A stretch of DNA of 63,118 nt. Source: Methanobacteriota archaeon (GTDB lineage Archaea; Thermoplasmatota; Poseidoniia; Poseidoniales; Poseidoniaceae). The notes under the pieces are model-generated. The model did not search any database and had not been told where the DNA came from. It saw only the letters and a program-made list of their open reading frames with translations. This document shows, in pieces, positions 35,501 to 43,500 of the stretch (positions are counted from its first letter, which is position 1; every line of letters begins with the position of its first letter). The position numbers and the translations under genes are program-made. The stretch spans positions 1-63,118 of the forward strand of contig PBMS01000046.1 of NCBI GenBank assembly GCA_002722695.1, written 5' to 3'.

Positions 35501-38500
35501 CGCAACTACCCAGCAACAAGCGTCTTGGAATGGCAAACATGGAACAACGAAACACCCACTGCTGAAAAGTTGGAAACATCGGAAGCGGCTTCCGGATTGA
35601 CCGTGAACGTGGTTTCCGGCGACCTTGAGTTTTCTACGGTCGCCAACGTGACCGGTGACTTCTCGATTCGTGTTCCGTCCGGGTTCACCTACCATCTGAC
35701 CACAGAAAGCGTTGTCACCAACCGTGCTTACGGAAGCTTGGTGAACGTTGAAATCGGCACCGATCTTGATCTCGGCCCCTTGTACATCGAGCCCACCACC
35801 TTGGTCAACGGTGTTGTTTACCTCTACGAAAACACCACCCGCTGGGACTCCAGCCTACCGAGTTGGGAACCCACCGAAATCGTGGCGACCAACGAGGACG
35901 GCCTCCAATGGCGAGCAACCACCAACGAACTGGGAGAGTTTGCATTTGACCTCACCGACGGAACATGGGACATTGACGTCTCCGACGATCGCCTCAACGT
36001 GAGCACCGTGGACGGCTTGTCCGTTTCCTACGTCAGTACGGAGGCCTTGTCGGTGATGGAACTCACCGCTGAGCCGGACATGGTGAACGTGCTGATGCAC
36101 GTCTTCCTCAACTCTGCCGAAGACGGTACGTTTGAGAACGGAACGATGGCAACACCCGCGTTTAGCCTGGACCCGATCGATGAAAGCAAGGACACTCTGT
36201 ACTTCACCTCTGATGATTACACCGAACCCGGTGTCATTACGGTCTCGCTCGCTCCCGGCGGCTACGACCTGACGTTCAACCGAACATCAGCGACCAACGA
36301 AAACGCCACGGACTACGACTTGGTCGGGGAGCAGTTCTTTGACGCTCTGCGAATCGGATTGGACGCCATCGACGAGCCCTTTGAGGTGGCGTTGAAGAAC
36401 ACCTATCTTGTTTCGGGAACACTGACCAACACGACCGGCGATGGCATTGCCAACGACTTCCTGCTTTACAACGAGGCTGGGGATGAATGGTTCAACATCG
36501 GTTCGGACGCAAACGGTTCCTTTGCCGCTTACGTCCCTGCGGGCGAATGGTTGGTCATTGTGGCTCCGTTCAACAACGCAAACCACACCGAAACCTTGCG
36601 ACAACCTCTGACCGTCGCTGCGGAATCGGACCGAACCGGACTTGACATCACCACCTCAATCAGTGTAGAAGTCTCCATGCAACTCATGGAGGCCGTCACC
36701 GAGTCCGCCCTCTCTGACATGACGGTGACGGCCGTCAGTCATGATGGATTTGGCAACGTGACCTTTGAGCGTACCAACGAGGATGGCAACGCCACCGAAT
36801 TGTTGATGCCCGGCACGTGGAGTTTCTACTTCAACCGAACCATCGGCACGAAATCGTGGTTCATGGACACCAGCGACGCACCGTTCACGACCGACGATGC
36901 GGATGAAAACAACTCGCTTGTTTTGGACCCTGTCTATGCAACGCTCGAAGTTGAAATCGGTGGCAAAGTCTACTGGGATCTCAACAACAACAGTGCGCCC
37001 AGCCTCGGTGAAGGCATCCCAGACATGAACGTCACCATCCTCGGCAACAACAACACCGACGTCTCTCAAACCGTCTCGACCGACGAAGAGGGTGTTTGGC
37101 GTGTCTTTGTGCCGATTCGCGACGTCTACAACGTGACCGTGGAAAAGGAAGGCTTCGAGACCGTGTACTACGAAACGGAAAACCAAACAGGCTACACCGT
37201 TCACGACAGCCCAGACTCCACGGACATTGAAGTCAGCGCTGGATTGGTGCTGGTTGAAGGAACCGTAACCGACCAGCTCGACGCTGACCGACTGATCGAT
37301 GCCGACATCGTGTTGTACCCTGTCGCAGGCATTGAGCGAGAGCCAGTCCACGTGGACGGCGGAATGAACGACACCACACTTGAATGGTCAGCCAGTGTTG
37401 AGCCAGGCGAATGGGTGGTTGTCGTGACTCAATCCAATCCAGGAATCAACGGCGGTGGCGTTTCCATTGGACTGCTCGACGCCACGGTCGCCAACGGCGG
37501 CAACGTCAGCATGGTGATGGCGCTCGGTGGCTACGTGGACCTTCTCACGGCGTGGACAGACTTTGAACAAAACACGCACCACGCCGGCAGCGGTGATGAC
37601 GGTGCGGACATGATCCAAGACGATGTTGAGTTGGAGGTCACCTTTGACGAGATGTCGTGGGTCATGAGCGTCCCCACCTCTGGAGAACTCCGAGCCCTCT
37701 TCCCAGAAGGGTCCGTCTCGTTTGACAGTGAGTTCACGACGGTCCAGCACGAATCTGAGCTCGAAATGGAGTACTACGGCGGACAAACCACCACGGTAAA
37801 CGCCGATTCCACCATTGCAGCCACGCTGCAGTTCAACCGTCGTGTCAATTCAGCCTTGGACATCACCTTGGACGTGCCCTCCGTTGTGGACGCCAACGTG
37901 CTTGACGCCGATGATTCCGAACTTGAAGCAATTGTTGACATGACCAACGAGTCCGCCTACAAGAAAATCGAGTTTGACTACAACGTTGTCTACAACGGAA
38001 CAGAAACCTTGGATGTGTTCACCGTTGGAGGCGAGATGAGTCTTGCTCAGGATTCTGATTTGTGGACCGTTGAGTTCTACAACCAAAGCAGCAACGAATA
38101 CGAGGAGACCATCAACGTGGCTCTTGGCATCGGCGAAAACGCTTCGGTCTCAACAACCATCTCGGTGAGAATCTCCCTGCCTGATGTGGCCGATGCGTGG
38201 CATTTGGCCAACGGGCATCGCATGACAATGCGTCTTCAAACCGATCTCGGTGAGTCTTCACAAGCATCGATCAAGATCTTCGTGCCGCAAACGTTTGGAT
38301 TTACCATCTCGGAAGAAACCGAAGAGGTCGGTATGTCGGCTCTCGTCGAGCGTCAGTTCACCTTTGATTTGACCAACGATGGAAACGGTCAGGATTCGTT
38401 CACGATTGCGTTGTTGGAAAGCGGTGTACCTGCCGAGTGGTCGGTCACACCGATGTCCTCAACCCTGACCCTCAACAAGGGTGAAACCCGGACGCAACAG

Positions 38501-39064
38501 TTCACGGTCTTCGCACCGAGCACCTACACAGACGGCGACGACTTTGAATTGGTTGTCTACGTCTCAAGCGAAAACGAAGAGGTCGAACGCAAGGAAGTCA
38601 AGGTCCAAATCAAGAAGGCCGTGATTGCCCTCACACTGGACACCGATCGAATCGCCACGGAGTCCGACCTCATCGCCGGCAAGAGTGGAGCCGTGCGCGT
38701 TCCTGTGGAGAACGTTGGGCTTTTGGACGCACCGTCGGTCATCGTCTACCTTACACCACCCAACGGTGTTGAACTCTCGCAGACCATCTCGGTTCCCGCC
38801 GGTGGCGAAGGGATGGCGGTGTTTGACGATCTGACGTTCAACCAAGGCAACCAGCGCTTCGATTACCGAATCGAGGTGGCCGGTGCTGAATCAGCCAGCG
38901 TTGAATCCCTCCCAGCAGACGGTGATTTCCCGCTTGAGTACAACACCGAGACCACTGCAGACGGTGAATCCGTGTGGATGACCCTTCTGATTGTGGTGTT
39001 GGGCCTGCTCGTGATTTACGGTGGCGTTCGCACCGCCCGCAGCCGAGGCGGAACCCGCTTCTGA
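29519..39064 (+). CDS. aglB: giant oligosaccharyltransferase fusion protein (extra N-terminal TM module + AglB/STT3 core + beta-sandwich array of about 1,750 aa + C-terminal TM)
   Basis: This is a single open frame of 3,181 codons. The WWDYG motif is at nt 32369-32383 (residues 951-955). The first-loop acidic motif is GGSDPWYMKRVVDY. There are about 13 STT3-type helices at residues 370-950 and about 10 further helices at residues 1-370. CarboxypepD_reg-like and CARDB-like repeats lie downstream. The terminal segment is WMTLLIVVLGLLVIYGGVRTARSRGGTRF. Confidence 0.9.
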   Translation: MEEQLDTKAVQPSATMGLLLAPLAVLLALATTRVVGIDYDLTLNNMTPMLVVAVASMAALLPRILKETQPHLSTSTVSLGVLVLAIVGAELLYMFADVDAVAALMFAIIVVLGSNLDLRGRHEWMTTMVFTAVGFWIAVSAAGDAYAALPTTYTMASGELVSTMNLERQATAYVFFAYWTMFALAGLLAGVLARGNLNPGAEDGWFSFLGQTKGFNRSATPLILALVVSILAFAGSLWHFNSVEVFNQLGITTEDGYHGYVGYWSAFLTGVVALMIAGMVAERWYTRSMLLGSMWVLYQVSASFEAGMWYNENLDGTWGALIWLAITFFLCVGVYSIGNHERYGGWANRGEHEPSQARLFLRAHGAGMMIALAFIVGLAIRIQWYAVPSMNAFGTGNWDMTGGSDPWYMKRVVDYILANNAHLVVDPDRFYPIGGINPRPPLFSWSMALGAMAVEPFLGSPENAVWWSMLALPAVYGALTVFPIASMARDHFGKGAAVLAAWLIAFMPAHVTHSTWALADHDSFVMLFISIGFMYWLRAVKYAGSARLTKTTTPHPLSFVRAFHDVAEQRKAAMANAVLAGVAFGIVALGWKGFVVGPSILFLAYALQVALNMFRRRDSTVLSVMFLVMLTTTFLMALPFYAHPQLNLVFDSTGLQPFLFIFGFTIAIAYITTGFRDKPWLLVLGTLGSVALVFFAVLYALKVADISDAWDVLFTGSGYFTKTKIFGTVAEANAPNRAQLFASFGPITFLLALIMGGGLLWRGLRSRNGTALVFGVWVFAATFMAWNAARFMFNATPIMAILGAAGIVAFWRWAEWSSLVRSWKKFGIRTPGDRIAGARKAVWRTPQFSAVFLVMIMIFSQQATYGLDSAIPGTSTQEQEIDERIYNIVPDILRFDELGFSLLDNKDDDGRRYLGSFGSSFNDNGWNAAYQWLENQDRQMKYSDKPAFVSWWDYGFQALSTGQHPSVSDNFQSGIPAAGNMLLARSQDDLTAMFIWQLSEGDRTYASDGEDYKMTERFIDTVDAYLTDDQMDDFQTMQMTFDETMIDFIETRSFNVVKTNRNIVMAEGYTHEAGVFDSTTKVYKIYKDYEPIPCTDAVSTSCVGDAWGSMDQADITFNNNVRTASETVEGRTHTIFGDYWYTDDLLDEYTSVSTSIHRKNARLAMAVQLLTEAFDAHPTASIHDLYHDLINLEGHYKVQDYEGAPGETISRDHEIRYFAVDDRLYPRAGRYTADAQYNRGQPMGIFGAPTILAGQDITTYMDEVYETVRGDFQDEMTREEVDEAMQKDFLNQQAGADIDMLQIEDVRVDHNPAFFDTMVARTYVGYGASTLGLDVGSSNPQPAQHFGQSGSPGSILTNSLPLPGAMMNHFVVSNWYSEVEESSIQSTNTLVKILKYYPGATLTGQVTMGDNGEPLPGVRLLIERDAFSGENGEDLDADTYWVPIGFVDADDEGNYEFLVPAGRIRISAFAGIFDATAARDNIRDGSYGQRLGDILTEYNEDREINEITAILGQVANMTWMGESQLNVTSEEANRSVSFDKTLDLAVQSSGVSGTVVWSGDEAFSGDPISETTFILRNIWSMTDNYTVETTSGSFTSEDSRILQGTGEATLVENGSFDSEGIALASNFIGTFTRDIGNERSFFANGTWSGNGVLEASWVDATDVVECDTDNESNAIMPTNQTLCVIESGDTPSYRLEGTVEAFGTFTSEGTSTLSRTYGDADTSQGETLEGAGLFEGTGTFNGTGLFVGVGSFSGPMVEPGSFYKTGLLPGTYNMIAQLANGKEVLLPDPVEIGVEPSYDLDMNMPGAIFKDTLFDMNGEIMPNQTIEFVDVDLGEEFTVMIDTDENGNFSYGPIPVGDYYYRGDVDNDGWYDFNESTFVTDAVTNITMALNVPETADVSLTLVSPVDPVSAEPLFDVANRTITFQNEVDVLDPINVTSDENGELYVELLYGVWNIRDDVNPEFVLFDQIELEPGTGDVVQDVTYAQAAYINGTMRNYPATSVLEWQTWNNETPTAEKLETSEAASGLTVNVVSGDLEFSTVANVTGDFSIRVPSGFTYHLTTESVVTNRAYGSLVNVEIGTDLDLGPLYIEPTTLVNGVVYLYENTTRWDSSLPSWEPTEIVATNEDGLQWRATTNELGEFAFDLTDGTWDIDVSDDRLNVSTVDGLSVSYVSTEALSVMELTAEPDMVNVLMHVFLNSAEDGTFENGTMATPAFSLDPIDESKDTLYFTSDDYTEPGVITVSLAPGGYDLTFNRTSATNENATDYDLVGEQFFDALRIGLDAIDEPFEVALKNTYLVSGTLTNTTGDGIANDFLLYNEAGDEWFNIGSDANGSFAAYVPAGEWLVIVAPFNNANHTETLRQPLTVAAESDRTGLDITTSISVEVSMQLMEAVTESALSDMTVTAVSHDGFGNVTFERTNEDGNATELLMPGTWSFYFNRTIGTKSWFMDTSDAPFTTDDADENNSLVLDPVYATLEVEIGGKVYWDLNNNSAPSLGEGIPDMNVTILGNNNTDVSQTVSTDEEGVWRVFVPIRDVYNVTVEKEGFETVYYETENQTGYTVHDSPDSTDIEVSAGLVLVEGTVTDQLDADRLIDADIVLYPVAGIEREPVHVDGGMNDTTLEWSASVEPGEWVVVVTQSNPGINGGGVSIGLLDATVANGGNVSMVMALGGYVDLLTAWTDFEQNTHHAGSGDDGADMIQDDVELEVTFDEMSWVMSVPTSGELRALFPEGSVSFDSEFTTVQHESELEMEYYGGQTTTVNADSTIAATLQFNRRVNSALDITLDVPSVVDANVLDADDSELEAIVDMTNESAYKKIEFDYNVVYNGTETLDVFTVGGEMSLAQDSDLWTVEFYNQSSNEYEETINVALGIGENASVSTTISVRISLPDVADAWHLANGHRMTMRLQTDLGESSQASIKIFVPQTFGFTISEETEEVGMSALVERQFTFDLTNDGNGQDSFTIALLESGVPAEWSVTPMSSTLTLNKGETRTQQFTVFAPSTYTDGDDFELVVYVSSENEEVERKEVKVQIKKAVIALTLDTDRIATESDLIAGKSGAVRVPVENVGLLDAPSVIVYLTPPNGVELSQTISVPAGGEGMAVFDDLTFNQGNQRFDYRIEVAGAESASVESLPADGDFPLEYNTETTADGESVWMTLLIVVLGLLVIYGGVRTARSRGGTRF
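33680..38930 (+). repeat. array of Ig/CarboxypepD_reg/CARDB-like beta-sandwich modules inside the aglB mega-ORF
   Basis: Recurrent patterns include ...G.V....G.P.....V........T.D..G.[YF].F..[VL]P.G.[YW]... (for example ATLTGQVTMGDNGEPLPGVRLL...DDEGNYEFLVPAGRIRI and VSGTLTNTTGDGIANDFLL...DANGSFAAYVPAGEWLV). CARDB-like modules occur near the C-terminus (VRVPVENVGLLDAPSVIVYL...VPAGGEGMAVF). Confidence 0.7.
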
Positions 39065-39128
39065 TGTTCACTTTCACGTGGATTTTCAAACAAGGGTTCA
39101 TGAGGACCACAACTGGGTAGCGCAAGCC

Positions 39129-40337
39129 ATGGAAGGGCTGCGAGATGTGGAATACCTTCCCGAGCCATCCGACCGGCGCATCGTGTCTGCGGTGGACCCC
39201 ACGGTGATCGGTTTCCAAGATCAGTGGCGTTCAGAGACCATGGGTTGGGCCCCGTTGACCGTTGAACCGGTGGTTCAACATCAACGAGGGAGATTTTCCA
39301 TCTCAGGTCTGGTTGTGTTTGCGTTGCTGGTCTCGGTAAGCCTCCTGATGTGGCAGAACCAGTGGCTCGTCGTCGAATTACCACTTCCGCAATCCGAGTG
39401 GGCGTTTGAGGAAACAGAACTTCGCGAGGCTCAGGCATCCGGATTGACCGGAGAGGGTGTGCGAGTGTGCATGGTCGACACCGGTATGGACACGAACCAT
39501 GAGGCCTTCAGCGGCGTCAGCGTCCAGTTCAAAGACCTCGTGGGGAATTCTCGAGCACCCGTTGATTACGGTGCTGTGGCGCACGGTACGCTGATGGCCG
39601 GCCTGCTGCTTTCCCAAGACGACCATCAACTCGGTGCGGCACCGAACGTATCGTTCGCCATGGTGGCGGCGCTTTCCGACAACGGCAACGGAGAGAACAC
39701 CGGCCTGGACGACGATGTTGCCGATGCCATTCGTTGGTGTCAATTTGAATTCAGTGCCGACATCATCTCCCTGTCCTTGGGCGGTTCAGAAGAACGAAGC
39801 GGGTCTGAAGGGGGCTCTTCGTCCGCAACTCGGCAGGCAACGGACGCAGGCATTTACGTGGTTGCTGCAGCAGGGAACGACGGCCTTGACGACGACGGCG
39901 ATGTCGCCTCACCCAGCAGCGCACGATTGGCCATATCCGTAGCAGCCTCGATCGAAGGCGGCGGTGTTTGGGCCAACTCTTCGGTTGGCTCACTTATCGA
40001 CCGAGAAGGCGGGGTTCGGGAACATCCGCACATGAAACCCGAGGTCGCAGCTCCCGGCGAGGGAATCATCAGCACGGGCGGAGAAAACCGTTGGTATTCA
40101 AGCAGCGGGACATCGGACGCCACCGTCTTTGTAACCGGAGCTCTTGCGCTCGTCCTCGAGGCGCGACCCATGTTGAAGCCCCAGTCCAACGGCGATGCGT
40201 CGTGCTTGATCGCAGTGAAGGAAGCCTTGATGGAGTCGATGCAAACCGACACGATTGTGCACGACGAGCGAGGAGGATACGGAGTCCTCAATGCGCAGTC
40301 CTGGTTGGAACACACTTCACAAATCACCTCCTGTTGA
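39129..40337 (+). CDS. membrane-anchored subtilisin-like serine protease (peptidase S8), paralogue of 9217-10611
   Basis: The triad motifs are VCMVDTGMDTNHEAF, VAHGTLMAGLLL and SGTSDATVFVTGAL. The signal-anchor is FSISGLVVFALLVSVSLLMW. The start is uncertain: GTG 39021 overlaps aglB by 44 nt, and GTG 39078 or ATG 39129 are alternatives. Confidence 0.8.
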   Translation: MEGLRDVEYLPEPSDRRIVSAVDPTVIGFQDQWRSETMGWAPLTVEPVVQHQRGRFSISGLVVFALLVSVSLLMWQNQWLVVELPLPQSEWAFEETELREAQASGLTGEGVRVCMVDTGMDTNHEAFSGVSVQFKDLVGNSRAPVDYGAVAHGTLMAGLLLSQDDHQLGAAPNVSFAMVAALSDNGNGENTGLDDDVADAIRWCQFEFSADIISLSLGGSEERSGSEGGSSSATRQATDAGIYVVAAAGNDGLDDDGDVASPSSARLAISVAASIEGGGVWANSSVGSLIDREGGVREHPHMKPEVAAPGEGIISTGGENRWYSSSGTSDATVFVTGALALVLEARPMLKPQSNGDASCLIAVKEALMESMQTDTIVHDERGGYGVLNAQSWLEHTSQITSC

Positions 40338-40447
40338 GGTGCGTTTTCTCGAGTACAATCAACCAAGTGGCCGCTTCCGTGGCCCGTTTACGAGTTAAAA
40401 AAAGCGTTTTCTGCATGGTTTACGGGTGAATTTTCGTGATATTCTCG

Positions 40448-40455
40448 ACATAAAT
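40448..40455 (+). promoter_or_regulatory. candidate TATA box (ACATAAAT) for the beta-helix adhesin / STAND regulator transcription unit
   Basis: This AT-rich box sits in the 190-nt intergenic region. The predicted TSS near 40479 would exclude the ATG at 40476 and fits the SD-preceded ATG at 40530. Confidence 0.3.
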
Positions 40456-40516
40456 TGATACTCTAAGATTGCCCAATGAGGCGCAGTATTATATTCGGGG
40501 CGTACATGGGGAAAAC

Positions 40517-40522
40517 AGGTGA
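40517..40522 (+). promoter_or_regulatory. Shine-Dalgarno AGGTGA
   Basis: AGGTGA lies 7 nt upstream of the ATG at 40530. Confidence 0.55.
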
Positions 40523-40529
40523 ATCGCCG

Positions 40530-43500
40530 ATGTCGCAAAAAAATCGTTTGAAATCAGTATCGCTCGTGATGCTCTACATGACCTCGCTCATGCTGGCGAT
40601 GGTGGCTGTACCGTCGGCAACGGCCGTCAACGAAACCACCCAAGGCATTGTCTCGGGCACCGAAACGTGGTCGGGCACCATGAATCTTCAAGGCGACGTC
40701 GAAGTGGCCGAGGGTGCTAAATTGATTGTGAACGCAGGAACCACGGTCAACATTCCCGCCGGCAATTTCATTGATGTTCGGGGTGCCATCTGCATCGGCG
40801 ATGCTGCTTGCGGTGCCAGTGCTGGATCATCCTCTGCCAAGGCTCGGTTCATCTGGTCCACGCCGACCGATGATACGAAAACCGGTCGCTGCCTTGACAC
40901 ACAGAGCAATGTCCTGAACAATCCGGACGCAGCCTGCGGGTCAGGTATGATCATCCGGGACACGATCGACCAGTCCATTACGTCCATCAACTTTGCACAT
41001 TTTGAGAACGCCTACGGCTTTCCCATCTACGTCGCATCCTTGCAATCTGTTCAGTACGGAGCACTGGTGTTTGACGGCTCAACCACGACCGCCAACGGAC
41101 TCTCGTTCACCTCCATCAACACCTCCAACGTTCTCGCAGTGGACTACGCCGCTCCCCTCCTAACGGATTCCACCTTTGAGTTGGGCGTGGACGGCCAAGG
41201 CTACGATGCAGCAGCGGTTCGCGCCTACGACGCAGGCGCCGGTATTCTTTCGACGTTTGAGTTGAAGAACTCCGATTTCACCGGCAACGATGCAGATTGC
41301 GGTCAACAGGGAGGCGGTCGAGCTGTCATCTACATTGAAAACTCCTACATCGATATGGACAATCTCGACATCAAGGACAACGCCTATGGGATTTTGATGA
41401 AGTCAAGTTCAGGTACCCTCACCAACTCCCAAATCAACGTCAAATGCAACGCTGTTGACACCAACTCGCTCAAAAAGACAGGAAACATTGAGCACACGCT
41501 TGAGGTCAACAACAACGACATCACCACGGCCGAGGGTGCTGGCATCACGGCGTACGACGGCGCCAAAGTCTACGCCGAGGGCAACACCATTTCCGGTGCC
41601 TCGGACGGGTCTGGCGTCGGCATCCGTGGCTCTGAGGTTGAACTTCATCGCAACACCATCGGGCCCATCGGCGGGTGGAACGGCTTGTGGATTTACGGCA
41701 CGTCCGACGTGATCGCAGAAAACAACACCATCCAAGAAACGGGCAAAGAGCCCGTCCTTATCGGTGAGTATCACTACCAAGACCAAGGTTGGCAGGTTCC
41801 TGCTCCGTCTGCTGCCCGTTTGTACTTGGCCAACAACGTCATCATGAACAACACCGGAACCTGCAATTCCCAGATGTATGGCGGTGATTTCCCTTGCCCT
41901 GCTGTTCACGTGTTCAGGTCCTCCGCTACGATTCTGGACAACGACATTTCGGGGAACAACGGCGACATCATCCGCGCCAAGGGCTCCCTCATCAACGTCC
42001 AACGAAACACAGCCGACTCGCAGGGCGGCTTTGCAGGGAACGTCAGCGCTCACGACACCAACTACGGCGACAAGTACGGTTCCATCGCTTACTTCTCAGG
42101 AAACACGTGGACGGGTGTTTCACAGGTCTACAACGTCACCGAGTCTCGTGTCACCGTGCAGTCCGAGCAGATTCCGTCCCCGGGCAACGGTGAACTCTAC
42201 CCCGTCAGCATCTCGTGGCTCGGCGCAGAGTGCCCCTTCGTGCAGAACGAGTGTCTCCAGCTGCCCGGAACCGTCGCTCTCCCACCCGCTGAAATGCCTC
42301 TCGCTCTGGAACTCGTCGAAAACGCAACCGTGTTCTCGTTCGCAGATCTCCAGAACTTTGACTCAAGCATGATTCACGTGCAGAATCAAAACACCGCTTG
42401 GGGTTCGCAAGTTCGCGAGGGTGAACTGGTCCGCTACCAGGTCAAGGCAAAGAACTCCAACGTTGAAGGGGCCACGGTCATCATCAAGGACTCTACAGGG
42501 CTTCCGCTCTACGAATTGACCACGGATGCGTTTGGCTTCACTCAGCAAGTTTCCCTTCCCTCCGACTTCTTGTTGGACCGAAATTGGAACCACGTGGTCG
42601 GCGACAAAAACGCCGCCATCCCCGGGACCAACGACGGAACGGGTCAACCCGTTGTGGTGGACGAGGACTCCTGCGCCGACGGCATTGACAACGACGGAGA
42701 CACCTACATCGACGGCGACGACAGCGACTGCATCAACGGTCGAGAGCGTCCATTTTATTCGGTTGAGGCGTTCAAATTCGGCAGCGGCCGGGACGATTTC
42801 TCCTACGTCTTGACGGGTCCGATCGACGACATCATCAATCTCGAAAACCTACGACCCAGCGTCAGCGTGAACGAACCCGATGGCTACTCTTACGCCACAA
42901 CCGTTCGAATCACCGGACAAGCTTGGGACGGAGCAAAATGGCCCTACGCCAACGACAACACCGCCCAGCAGGCGCAGTTTGGCATCGTCAAGCGTGTCGA
43001 AATTCAACCGCCCGGCTCCACCGACTGGTTCTACGCCTCCGATGCCTCGGGCGCAGGCGGCGAAATCACCATGGAAACGCACCCGTTCAAAAATTGGGTG
43101 TACGAGTGGGACGGTGCCGCTCATCCAGAGGGGGAGGGCGACATCACGTTCCGAATCCGATCCTACGACGGATTGGATTACTCACCGGTTGAAGTCCGCC
43201 AGTACAAACTCAATCTTGTTGCACCAACCCTCCTGGTGGACGTGCCGACCCAAGGCAGCGTGCACAACAACGGCAAGGTGCTCTTCCAAGGCACCGCCTC
43301 TGACCCGTATCAGGGCACCTACGGAAGCGACGTCAAGCAGATTTGGTTCAACATTGTCGGTCCAGGCACCACGCAATCCTTCTTCCAGCAGGGTTCAACC
43401 AGTTGGTCCTATGAATGGAACGTTGTTGATCTGCCCACCGGTGAATACACCGTCTCGGTTTGGGCTGCGGACAGCGATTTCTGCATCGGCGAAGCAACGG

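Noticed and set aside
29519-39064. Possibility that the 3,181-aa ORF is two or three adjacent genes merged by the ORF caller
   Set aside because: There is no in-frame stop anywhere between 29519 and 39062, and all three parts (N-terminal helices, STT3 core, beta array) are in the same frame with coding-like sequence. Only a sequencing or assembly frameshift could split it, and that cannot be tested here. It is flagged as a check in the finding.
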